A DNA stretch of 64,000 bases from Bacteroidales bacterium (GTDB lineage: Bacteria > Bacteroidota > Bacteroidia > Bacteroidales > F082): contig JAEFAE010000003.1 of assembly GCA_016291135.1 (NCBI GenBank), forward strand, positions 84,516-148,515, read 5' to 3'. Shown here piece after piece: positions 31,327 to 39,696 of this stretch (position 1 is the stretch's first letter; each line of letters opens with the position of its first letter). The position numbers and the translations under genes are program-made. Under the pieces are notes generated by a model that searched no databases, was not told the DNA's origin, and saw only the letters and a program-made list of their open reading frames with translations.

Positions 31327-33627
31327 ATGACAATGTGTTTGATAAACAAGTTTGAAATCAATGGCGTGCGCATTGATGATAGTTTCAAGAAAAGACCTGA
31401 ATGGGTTCCGGTTAACGACCAGAATGACCCTCAATACCTTGAAGGCTACTCGGTAATGGACTGCTCCTTGACTAAAGAGTTGCTGAAACCCAACGTGTTC
31501 TCGTTTACGATGCGGCATCAAAAAGCCCAGGGGAAAAGCTTTGCTATTATAGACAATCTCATGGGCAAATCAGTAACATGTCAAGTGTATACGTTGTTTG
31601 AGGGGAATTCGAACTCATCAGTCGTTTTTTCCGGTACCATTGCTAAGGTCGGGGTGAAAGGTGCTGTTGTATCCTGCATCGCCTATAGTGAAGACGCCAA
31701 GTTGCAGGGTTCTCCCAAGTGTCGGTGTTTTTGCGGAAAGAAGCTATCGGAAATTGTCGATGCCGTTGTGAAAGATGATGTTTATCATATTAAAAAGACA
31801 ATTAGTATTCATTCCTCCTTCGATACGCTAACCCTGCCCTATATCGTCCAATACAATGAAAGCGATTACGATTTCCTTGTAAGGTTGGCAAAGCGCTTCG
31901 GGGCTTTTTTCTATTACGATCAGGATGGAGTTATAAAAAGGCTCTATTTCGGTATAATCCCTGGCTCCAATCAAGTGGATTTTGACTTGAGCGGCACGCC
32001 AAATGCAAAAAGTGTCAGCTATGAGCTCATGGCGGTAAACCCTAATTTCAGGTATATGTCGTATTTTGATGAAAAAGACAAATACCTGCAAACTGCTGTT
32101 CCCGATTTGGGTGGACTTGGTTCCACAGGCCTTATGGGTAAGGCAGTAGCTGGTTCCCGTCCACTTGTTGCTAACTATGCCCATTTTGTGGACGAACCCA
32201 ACAGACTGCCTAAGACGCCCAACAATGATATGTTAAAACTATTCAGTGAAGCAGCTTTGCGCAGTATGTCTGACAGTATGGTAACCTGTACCTTCATTAG
32301 CTATCGTTTTGATATTCATGTTGGATCTGTGGTGAAGATCGATAGCAATGATCCGATGCTGGTGACTGCAGTCCATCTCACCTGGGATTGCAATGGATCG
32401 CCTCAAAATGAGGTCACGGCTGTTGTTCTTCCCAAAACCGACTTTGTAAAAGACAAGCTATTTGCTCCTTATATGGACCCTTACGCCTATCCCAAGTCAA
32501 GCGCCTTACGCGCTGTGGTGGTCAACAACATCGATGAGAAGAAAATGGGGCGGGTACAAGTGCGCTTTGCTTGGCAACCAGCTGACATGGCTAACGATGA
32601 AAAGCAGTTGTTGCCTTGGATCCGCATTGCTCAACCCTACGGGGGTGGCAAAAAAGACAAAGAACAAGGTTGTTACATTCTGCCGGAAATTGGAGAGGAG
32701 GTCATGGTTGGATTCGAACACGACAACCTGGAAAAGCCCTATGTGATAGGTGCATTGTATCATGACTCGGATACGGCCGACAACGTTCAAATGCCGGATC
32801 CTGCATGGGTGGAAACCGACCAAGCCAACAAGAACAACGAGGTGAAAGCCTTCCGTACCAAGAAAGGCCATACCATTGAGTTCCACGACGTGGATGGCAA
32901 TGACAACTACGGTTTCATCCGCATCTATGGCAAAAACCAGTCGGAAAAGAACTATGACATCTACCTTTCCTCCAACCCAGTCAAAAACGGAGATGCTTTT
33001 TACAAAGTGAATGGTCCCAAGGAAGATGCGGAGGCAAAAAAGGAGATCGGATTGCAAGAGTATGAGGCGAAAGAGCTTCGTATCCTGGTGAGGAGCAATG
33101 GCGGAGATATTGTATTGGATGCCGGTGATGGGGATATCATCATGAATGCCAAGAACATTCGCGTCAATGTCGCCGGCAATCGTACCACAGCGATACAAGA
33201 CGACGACATCGTTAGTATCGGGGGAAACCGGTTGGTAGACGCGGGTAACGATTCCTTGATGCTACGTGGAAAACAAACCGTTATGGTACATGGAGAATTG
33301 GATGCGGAGTACAAAGCCGCGGTCAATTTGGTCGCTGACCGGGATCTTAAGGCCGACGTCAAACGAACAATGAAACTCATGGCATCGGATCTTGAGGCTG
33401 AAGCCAGCCAGACGGCAAAGGTGAAAACCAACTCCGGCATTGAACTGAATGGGGGTATGAAGGTCGATATACAGGCTACCAACTTCAAAGCCGAAGGGCG
33501 GGCCGATGCTACTTTGAAAGGCACCGATATTACCGTTGATGCCCTCGTGGCTGCTACGATAAAGGCAACCGATATCACGCTCGATTCCGAAGCGGGCACC
33601 CGAAAAGGATTGTGGACAGACATGTAA
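31327..33627 (+). CDS. tssI: T6SS spike protein VgrG (TssI), copy 2
   Basis: 766-aa ORF with YIVQYNESDYDFLVRLAKRFGAFFYYDQDG, AVVVNNIDEKKMGRVQVRFAWQ, WIRIAQPYGGG and PEIGEEVMVGFEHDNLEKPYVIG motifs. It also has C-terminal beta-helix-like repeats. Confidence 0.85.
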   Translation: MTMCLINKFEINGVRIDDSFKKRPEWVPVNDQNDPQYLEGYSVMDCSLTKELLKPNVFSFTMRHQKAQGKSFAIIDNLMGKSVTCQVYTLFEGNSNSSVVFSGTIAKVGVKGAVVSCIAYSEDAKLQGSPKCRCFCGKKLSEIVDAVVKDDVYHIKKTISIHSSFDTLTLPYIVQYNESDYDFLVRLAKRFGAFFYYDQDGVIKRLYFGIIPGSNQVDFDLSGTPNAKSVSYELMAVNPNFRYMSYFDEKDKYLQTAVPDLGGLGSTGLMGKAVAGSRPLVANYAHFVDEPNRLPKTPNNDMLKLFSEAALRSMSDSMVTCTFISYRFDIHVGSVVKIDSNDPMLVTAVHLTWDCNGSPQNEVTAVVLPKTDFVKDKLFAPYMDPYAYPKSSALRAVVVNNIDEKKMGRVQVRFAWQPADMANDEKQLLPWIRIAQPYGGGKKDKEQGCYILPEIGEEVMVGFEHDNLEKPYVIGALYHDSDTADNVQMPDPAWVETDQANKNNEVKAFRTKKGHTIEFHDVDGNDNYGFIRIYGKNQSEKNYDIYLSSNPVKNGDAFYKVNGPKEDAEAKKEIGLQEYEAKELRILVRSNGGDIVLDAGDGDIIMNAKNIRVNVAGNRTTAIQDDDIVSIGGNRLVDAGNDSLMLRGKQTVMVHGELDAEYKAAVNLVADRDLKADVKRTMKLMASDLEAEASQTAKVKTNSGIELNGGMKVDIQATNFKAEGRADATLKGTDITVDALVAATIKATDITLDSEAGTRKGLWTDM

Positions 33628-33653
33628 ACCATTCACTTATAACTCTTGATTAA

Positions 33654-34034
33654 ATGGCAGGCGACGCAACAACCGTATGTATGGGCGCGACAATGAAATG
33701 CAGCATGGGGATGACTCCGGCGCCTCTCGTGGTGATTCCACCTCGGAACTCGATGATTCAGGGTAGGTTTGTGGCCAATATCATGGATAACAAACCAATG
33801 GTCAACATCCCCACTTTCGGGATGTGCCGTTCCCTGGCCAACCCCAGCGTGGCTTCAGCCACCTCGGCCGCTTGCGGTGTCCTGACGCCCATGCCCTGCA
33901 TCCCCAGCACCGTGGCACCTTGGGCACCAGGCAACACACAGGTGCTTACGCAAGGCGCCCCTACACTGACCGTGACCAGCAAACTCGTATGCATGTGGGG
34001 TGGGGTGATTGATTTTGTTAACTCGGGGCATTGA
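33654..34034 (+). CDS. Stand-alone DUF4280 (PAAR-like) spike-tip protein
   Basis: 126-aa ORF immediately after vgrG2: VCMGATMKCSMG...NIPTFGMCRS...PCIPSTVAPWAPG...KLVCMWGGVIDF. It matches the DUF4280 Cys/Gly/Pro pattern as I remember it. Confidence 0.75.
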   Translation: MAGDATTVCMGATMKCSMGMTPAPLVVIPPRNSMIQGRFVANIMDNKPMVNIPTFGMCRSLANPSVASATSAACGVLTPMPCIPSTVAPWAPGNTQVLTQGAPTLTVTSKLVCMWGGVIDFVNSGH

Positions 34035-34049
34035 TAATCCAAATTTTTT

Positions 34050-34057
34050 TATATTTG
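34050..34057 (+). promoter_or_regulatory. Candidate internal -7 box (TATATTTG) upstream of Ubl copy 2
   Basis: Exact TAnnTTTG, 40 nt upstream of the ATG at 34097. A TTG lies at 34031-34033 (about 16-nt spacing), in a 62-nt AT-rich gap. Confidence 0.4.
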
Positions 34058-34096
34058 TGGTGTGTAATGGAATGAACTAATACAATACCACAAGCC

Positions 34097-34411
34097 ATGG
34101 AAGACTTCTACGTTCACATCCGGTATCGGAACAAATCCATCCGGTTCAAGATCTCCGATCCCAACTATGAGATGGAGCAACTCATGAACAGCTTGAAGAA
34201 CGCCTCTGACAAAGAGGGGAAGCGCTTTTTCAACCTACCGGAGATGATTGACTTCACGCCCACGGATTATTATTTTGGGAAGATGGATGAAACCACCGGC
34301 CAATGCATCATCCTTCAACCGCGTGTTGGGAAAACCCACATGAAGATGTCGGACTATAACATCCAGAACGGGGACACCCTGGAGGTCGTTCCCGATCCCA
34401 TTGCCGGTTAA
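34097..34411 (+). CDS. Ubiquitin-like (beta-grasp) protein ending in Gly-stop, copy 2
   Basis: 104-aa ORF ending ...GDTLEVVPDPIAG followed by TAA. It has the same length and the same C-terminal DPIAG as copy 1. Confidence 0.7.
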   Translation: MEDFYVHIRYRNKSIRFKISDPNYEMEQLMNSLKNASDKEGKRFFNLPEMIDFTPTDYYFGKMDETTGQCIILQPRVGKTHMKMSDYNIQNGDTLEVVPDPIAG

Positions 34412-34430
34412 TCCTTAACTCGATACAGCC

Positions 34431-35189
34431 ATGAAGCGCTTCATCCCATTGCTGTTCATGTTGCTTTTGTGGGCGGTGCCTTTTCAGGCATGGCCACAAG
34501 AGGAGGAAGAAGACAACCCTTTGGAAGCCAACCTCACCGCCCTTCATAACGACTTGAACGGTCTTAGCAACAACCTGCAGACGTACGACGATATCGCATT
34601 GTACGACTATGAGTTTCAGGAAGCCGGCAACCGATTGAAGTCGTTTGCCGCCCTCGTTGCCAAAGACAGTCCGCTCTACGATGCCTACGACCTCTGCAAC
34701 CATACCTACTATATGCTTCAGAAACGCATCGAAGGGCTCCGCGAGGATCACGAACGCCAACAAGACTACGACCGGCTGATGGATCGTTTCCAGCAGACCA
34801 TCGTCGATCTCGGTTCCTTGAAAGAACAAGGCGAGCATCTGGTGGATAACAACGAGCCGGATTCCCTTGCCGCCGTGAAGAAAAAAGCCACGAGGCTTTA
34901 TTTGAAGGCTTCTGCGGACAATGAGACCCAAAAAGCCTTGGTGGAGTCGGATCCTACCATGCAACAGTTGTGGGATACCATTGAGTCGTATAATGAAGCC
35001 ATCGAAGCGCTGGAATGCCGCTCCAGGGCGCACCTGTACGAGACACTGTTTCGCATTGCCATGGTAGCCATGGCGCTGATCCTGGTGTTGAACATGATGC
35101 GCTCCAAACTGAAAGCAAAAAAGATGTCGAAAGAGGCACGACAACAAATGAGTAAACTCATGGGGAACGACGACACCCCGGTTTTATAA
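34431..35189 (+). CDS. Bitopic coiled-coil protein, paralog of 17656-18432
   Basis: 252-aa ORF with signal MKRFIPLLFMLLLWAVPFQAWPQ. It has a charged coiled-coil body, the C-terminal TM LFRIAMVAMALILVLNMM and a basic tail. Confidence 0.6.
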   Translation: MKRFIPLLFMLLLWAVPFQAWPQEEEEDNPLEANLTALHNDLNGLSNNLQTYDDIALYDYEFQEAGNRLKSFAALVAKDSPLYDAYDLCNHTYYMLQKRIEGLREDHERQQDYDRLMDRFQQTIVDLGSLKEQGEHLVDNNEPDSLAAVKKKATRLYLKASADNETQKALVESDPTMQQLWDTIESYNEAIEALECRSRAHLYETLFRIAMVAMALILVLNMMRSKLKAKKMSKEARQQMSKLMGNDDTPVL

Positions 35190-35204
35190 AAGAAAGGATT
35201 GCGC

Positions 35205-37547
35205 ATGAAACGAATCATCCTCTTAGGAATGTTGCTGTTAATGGTCATGCCGATGATGCTGGCCCAGGAGTTGGTGCTGGATTATCCCAAGTTCCAGCCA
35301 AGTCTGGATACGGTTTTTGTGGATTTCAAGGTCGTTGATGACGGAACGAAACTGAACCTCGGTTCCATCGACAAGGGAGCCCTCTCCATCTCGGAAACCG
35401 GCTACAACGGCCTTGACGATGGCACCACTTTGGTGGACGTCTTGGACATCCGTAACTATGATCCCGATTATGAAGCAGGTAACTATTCCATGATCGTTTT
35501 GGCCGATCGTGCCGCCACCAGCGCGCAGATGGAGGAGCAACGACAGGCCATCACGGAACTATACAAGGGACTCCCCAAAGCGCATTTTTACCTGTCTGCC
35601 ATGGACGAAGTGCGCACCCCCACAACGGAGATCAAGGATTTTTACCAGCTGACGCAGTGGTTTGACAGTTGTTTCAACATGCCGTCTGCCAAGGAAAAGT
35701 TCATCTATAAGGCACTGGCTTCCGTGTTGGAAGAGATCTCGAAAACGGATACCCATGACTTTTATCCTGAACTGGAATACAATCCCAATCTGAAAAACGA
35801 TACCAAAAAGGTGGTTGTAATGCTGACCAACGGCGTTTACAAGAAAGCGGATGGCAGCTATATCGGAGGGGAGGATTTCTTCCGGATCAAGATGACGCTG
35901 ATCTCTGAGCAGGACCTGAGAGAAAACACACAAGTGAGCTATGTGTTTTTGGGTGACCGCTTTATCGAAGAGGACTTCCACCATGAGATCCAATATGTTT
36001 TCAAGGAAGGTGACCGTTATGACTCGGACTTTGACTTCCAAACCCTTAAGGAGGCACTGGTCATGCACCCCGACCCGAAAGCCATGGATTACCGCATGGT
36101 CATCACCAACCTTGCGGAGAAGTTATACGACGGTCAGAAGATTACCTTGTATGCCTACCTGCATCAGGGTGATGTGGATGCCATGGGTTCCCGATCCTTT
36201 ACCAAAGGATGCCTGATCGACCCCATGCCCGTACATGACAGCCTCTCGTTACGTCTTACCCGTATCGCCCAATGCCTGATCTTGGCCCTGATCGTCATCG
36301 GATTGCTGTGGCTGTTCTTCCGACTTCTGTATCCAAGATGGAGACATGCTCTTTTCAAAAGGAAATACGTTAAGGAGTTCGACAAGGCCAATGTGTTGCC
36401 TACCCGCGCCAGCGACTATGTGGGACAGAAGTGCTACTATTGCAAGGATGCCTTCCAGCCGGGCGATGAAATAGTGACCCGCTGTGAGCACACCATGCAC
36501 TACGACTGCTGGAAGGAGAATGGTTATCAGTGTCCCGAGTTCGGCAAGGAATGTGATAACGGCGATTATTTCTATAACGAGGATCATCGTTGGGATCGCC
36601 GGAATGCGCCTTATTTCCTGAAATGGTTGGTTGCCGGTTGTTTGGCAGGGTTGGTCAGCTGGCTGGTGTTCCGCCTGGCAGTGCATAACAATCTCTTCCA
36701 TGGCCTCATCAGCGATATGGTGATGCTCTTTCAAAAAGTCGGTTTGGATGCTTCAGGACAAGCCTTTGCCGATAAGATCCACGACATGCTCTTCTTCGGG
36801 GTCATTGTTGGTGGAATTGTTACCCTGGTGGCTTCCTGTCTGTTAGAACGTCGGAAGAAAACCGCCCAAAGGGTGGGGGTCATCATCGGACGTGTCTTAT
36901 GCGGGATGCTGGTCGGCTTTGCTGCTTTCCTTGTTGGCAGTTGGGTTGCCTTGGCTACGGGAAAGGACTACAACAGCTTTCTTGTCGATCTTATTCCTTG
37001 GCTCCTGATGGGGGCTGGATTGGGTCTGGTGATCGCCTACCGCACCGAGGTGCCCCTCAAACGTGCCGTTTTGTGTGGCTTCCTCTTTGCCATGCTCGGC
37101 TTCGGTGTTCTTTACATGTTCAGCTTTGAAAACAGCAACTTCGAGTTCCATTTCCTCGGTTTGTTGACCAGCATGCTGTGTCTGATTGGATTGATGGTCT
37201 TTGCGGGAGGCTTGTATGCCTGCATAGCGCAGCGGGAACAGGTCTCAAAACGGTATTTCCTCCATATCGACGGCAACCTCAAGAGCCGAGATGTGGCGAT
37301 TTACAAATGGATGAACCGTGTTGGCGGCTACCGTGTAGTGACCATCGGCAGGTCGGACCGCTGTTACATCGACATGGATTGGGACAACACGGAAGGACTT
37401 GAAGGCGTTCAAGCCGAGGTCTATATTGAGAATGACGTGCCGTATCTCAAGAACATGAGAACCAATGAAGCCACCAGGCTCTACCATGGCAGTTCGTTTA
37501 GGGTTGGAAAGACTGTGTTCACTTATCTTGAAAAAGACCGGATCTGA
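35205..37547 (+). CDS. Polytopic membrane protein with RING-H2-like finger and C-terminal FHA-like domain, copy 2
   Basis: 780 aa from the ATG at 35205; the track ORF starts at an upstream TTG. It has the same architecture as 20028-22379. All eight candidate metal ligands are conserved (CYYCKDAFQPGDEIVTRCEHTMHYDCWKENGYQCPEFGKEC, 36432-36554). The C-terminus is VTIGRSDRCYIDM...FRVGKTVFTY. Confidence 0.65.
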   Translation: MKRIILLGMLLLMVMPMMLAQELVLDYPKFQPSLDTVFVDFKVVDDGTKLNLGSIDKGALSISETGYNGLDDGTTLVDVLDIRNYDPDYEAGNYSMIVLADRAATSAQMEEQRQAITELYKGLPKAHFYLSAMDEVRTPTTEIKDFYQLTQWFDSCFNMPSAKEKFIYKALASVLEEISKTDTHDFYPELEYNPNLKNDTKKVVVMLTNGVYKKADGSYIGGEDFFRIKMTLISEQDLRENTQVSYVFLGDRFIEEDFHHEIQYVFKEGDRYDSDFDFQTLKEALVMHPDPKAMDYRMVITNLAEKLYDGQKITLYAYLHQGDVDAMGSRSFTKGCLIDPMPVHDSLSLRLTRIAQCLILALIVIGLLWLFFRLLYPRWRHALFKRKYVKEFDKANVLPTRASDYVGQKCYYCKDAFQPGDEIVTRCEHTMHYDCWKENGYQCPEFGKECDNGDYFYNEDHRWDRRNAPYFLKWLVAGCLAGLVSWLVFRLAVHNNLFHGLISDMVMLFQKVGLDASGQAFADKIHDMLFFGVIVGGIVTLVASCLLERRKKTAQRVGVIIGRVLCGMLVGFAAFLVGSWVALATGKDYNSFLVDLIPWLLMGAGLGLVIAYRTEVPLKRAVLCGFLFAMLGFGVLYMFSFENSNFEFHFLGLLTSMLCLIGLMVFAGGLYACIAQREQVSKRYFLHIDGNLKSRDVAIYKWMNRVGGYRVVTIGRSDRCYIDMDWDNTEGLEGVQAEVYIENDVPYLKNMRTNEATRLYHGSSFRVGKTVFTYLEKDRI

Positions 37548-38329
37548 TGGAACCACATGATATCAAAGCGGAAACCTGGGTAGCGGCGCATTATCCTTTT
37601 CAAAGGGAATGGATTGCGCACCATAAAGGCATTTTTACCAGGAATTATGCGGATGATATGCGTTCCTGCGATCCGCAAACGACTGTAGTGGAATTGTCTC
37701 GTGACGGCCTTTATGAGATCCTTCCCAATAAGTTGTTTTTCAATGGCAGTGAGTTGCAGGGCATCAATCAGAGTGATTTTGAGTGGACGCATCGGGTGCT
37801 GAAACAGCGTGTGGAACGCATCAAGACGGTGTTTCTGCCGTTCGACACCTCATTTTTCAACCATTCTTTGGCCTTGGAACAGGAACTGAATGCCCACTTG
37901 GCCGATAAAACCAACGTTCTCCTGAAGGCTTTTATAGGGGAGGACTACTCCAACGACCGGAATGCTTACATTCGCAGGATGGCTCCCATGGTGCTACAGG
38001 CCGCCCACCTTCGTGGGAAATATGCTGTGCTGTGCAAAATCATCACCTGTGTTTTGGGATCTTCGACCCATTACATCAAGAAAGGGAATAGGATCCGGTT
38101 TGTGGTGAACCGTCCCAACTTGGAACGAAAGGCGTTCTTGAACTATCTTGAGGAACTGAAACCCTTTTTCCAATGGGTGGAGGAGTGGTTCATCCCTTTC
38201 GACTTCCAATGTGAGTTCAAAGTGAGGGACTATGGACGCGACGACCGTTTTACGGGTCCAAACAAACTGTTACTCGACTACAACGCCACCCTTGGCAACC
38301 AACCTCATAAAGCATCAACCAAACCATGA
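37547..38329 (+). CDS. Conserved T6SS-module protein, positional TssG candidate, copy 2
   Basis: 260-aa ORF whose start overlaps the upstream stop by 1 nt. Paralog of 24918-25691. Confidence 0.35.
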   Translation: MEPHDIKAETWVAAHYPFQREWIAHHKGIFTRNYADDMRSCDPQTTVVELSRDGLYEILPNKLFFNGSELQGINQSDFEWTHRVLKQRVERIKTVFLPFDTSFFNHSLALEQELNAHLADKTNVLLKAFIGEDYSNDRNAYIRRMAPMVLQAAHLRGKYAVLCKIITCVLGSSTHYIKKGNRIRFVVNRPNLERKAFLNYLEELKPFFQWVEEWFIPFDFQCEFKVRDYGRDDRFTGPNKLLLDYNATLGNQPHKASTKP

Positions 38330-39219
38330 ACAAGGATATTAGAATCAACTGGAATGTCGGGATGGAACTCCTTCCAGAGACTTTCATCCATTTAGAGAAT
38401 CAATTGGCCGAATACCGTCAACTGTTGCGTAAAGTTCAGGCTTCCAAACAGTTCGGGCTGATCCCGGGATCGGCTTTCAAGACGATGGTGTCGGTTGAGG
38501 GTGACGCAGTTTCCGTGGGAGAGGTAGACTGCCAAGCGCTCTTGGAAGACGGCGGCATGGTGGATTACCATCGCGACGCCCGTTGGCAACTGACGATTCC
38601 AGGATCATCGGGTAGTTATTATCTCGCGCTTGCTCCGTCGGAGAAGACACGAGAATATGAATTAGACGAGGTTCCATTCGTCGAGAATGAATATGAATTC
38701 ACGCTCCGTACCTTGGAACAGCTCCCTGGCCACATGCCCATTGCCAAGGTAATCCATGAGAACGGTGCATGGGAATTGCAGGAGGACTACATCCTCCCGG
38801 TCATCGCTATGCAAGACGCCCCCTTGTTGATGGAGATGGAGAAAGCCATTCTACAGTTGGTCCGACAGGTTCTCAACCACGAGAAATTCACATACCTCCG
38901 AAACCACGACGTGATGCGGATGTTTGCAGAAGAGATGGAGTGTCTTGGGATGAACCAAAGTCCCCGAGACTTCGTGACGTTGTGCCGCCGTTTCGTTCGC
39001 TTGCTTTCCTATGTTATTCAGGATGCACCGGTACAGCTTCCGGAATACAATCCTTACGACCTCCAACTGTTTCTCACCGCGGTTTGTGGATTCCTTATCC
39101 AAGCCATCGAGCGCCTTCCTATGGTGGAGGTGGTGGAATACCAGCCGGTGCCAAAACAAGAATCCAAGCCGGAATCCGAGTCAGAACCCGAACCCGAAGA
39201 CGATTGTCCCATCCTTTAA
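38326..39219 (+). CDS. tssK: Short TssK-like baseplate protein with an acidic tail, copy 2
   Basis: 297-aa ORF with an ATGA overlap to the upstream gene. The N-terminus is IRINWNVGMELLPETFIHLENQLAEYRQLLRKV. The C-terminus is QPVPKQESKPESESEPEPEDDCPIL. Confidence 0.5.
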   Translation: MNKDIRINWNVGMELLPETFIHLENQLAEYRQLLRKVQASKQFGLIPGSAFKTMVSVEGDAVSVGEVDCQALLEDGGMVDYHRDARWQLTIPGSSGSYYLALAPSEKTREYELDEVPFVENEYEFTLRTLEQLPGHMPIAKVIHENGAWELQEDYILPVIAMQDAPLLMEMEKAILQLVRQVLNHEKFTYLRNHDVMRMFAEEMECLGMNQSPRDFVTLCRRFVRLLSYVIQDAPVQLPEYNPYDLQLFLTAVCGFLIQAIERLPMVEVVEYQPVPKQESKPESESEPEPEDDCPIL

Positions 39220-39229
39220 TTGAAAAGCC

Positions 39230-39691
39230 ATGTACGTCAAGCGACCGATCATCATGAAATATCCTACCGTGGCCAAGGATGCGTTGAAAAAGTCCATTGA
39301 CGCTTTCCTTGACCTGCTAATCACCTCGGGAAAAGACAGTTTCAAGGCAGATGCGGATTTCGGCTTCGCCTTGGAGGATTTCCGTTTTGAGATCTACAGT
39401 CCTGAGACCGGTATGTTCCATGGGGATGTCCGAAAACAGAAGAAAGATATCATAGGGACCATCGAAGATCCCATGCAAAAATACAGGATCAAGGGTTCCA
39501 GTGTCAATACCGAAACTTTTGCGGGACATCTTAAGAATTCCATCGAGCAGTATGAGCATCGGTTGAAAAATGTAGAAGTGGCCATGGATTTCCTGGCACG
39601 AGGCACGGTGTTGTTGGTTTCGGTAAACGGCATCATGGACGATGGGTACGACTCGCCCTACACTTACTATAACAAAATCCAAATCTGGTAA
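39230..39691 (+). CDS. tssE: Baseplate wedge protein TssE (gp25-like), copy 2
   Basis: 153-aa ORF. LKKSIDAFLDLLITSGKDSFKADADFGFALEDFRFE is paralogous to copy 1. Confidence 0.6.
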   Translation: MYVKRPIIMKYPTVAKDALKKSIDAFLDLLITSGKDSFKADADFGFALEDFRFEIYSPETGMFHGDVRKQKKDIIGTIEDPMQKYRIKGSSVNTETFAGHLKNSIEQYEHRLKNVEVAMDFLARGTVLLVSVNGIMDDGYDSPYTYYNKIQIW

Positions 39692-39696
39692 ACAGC

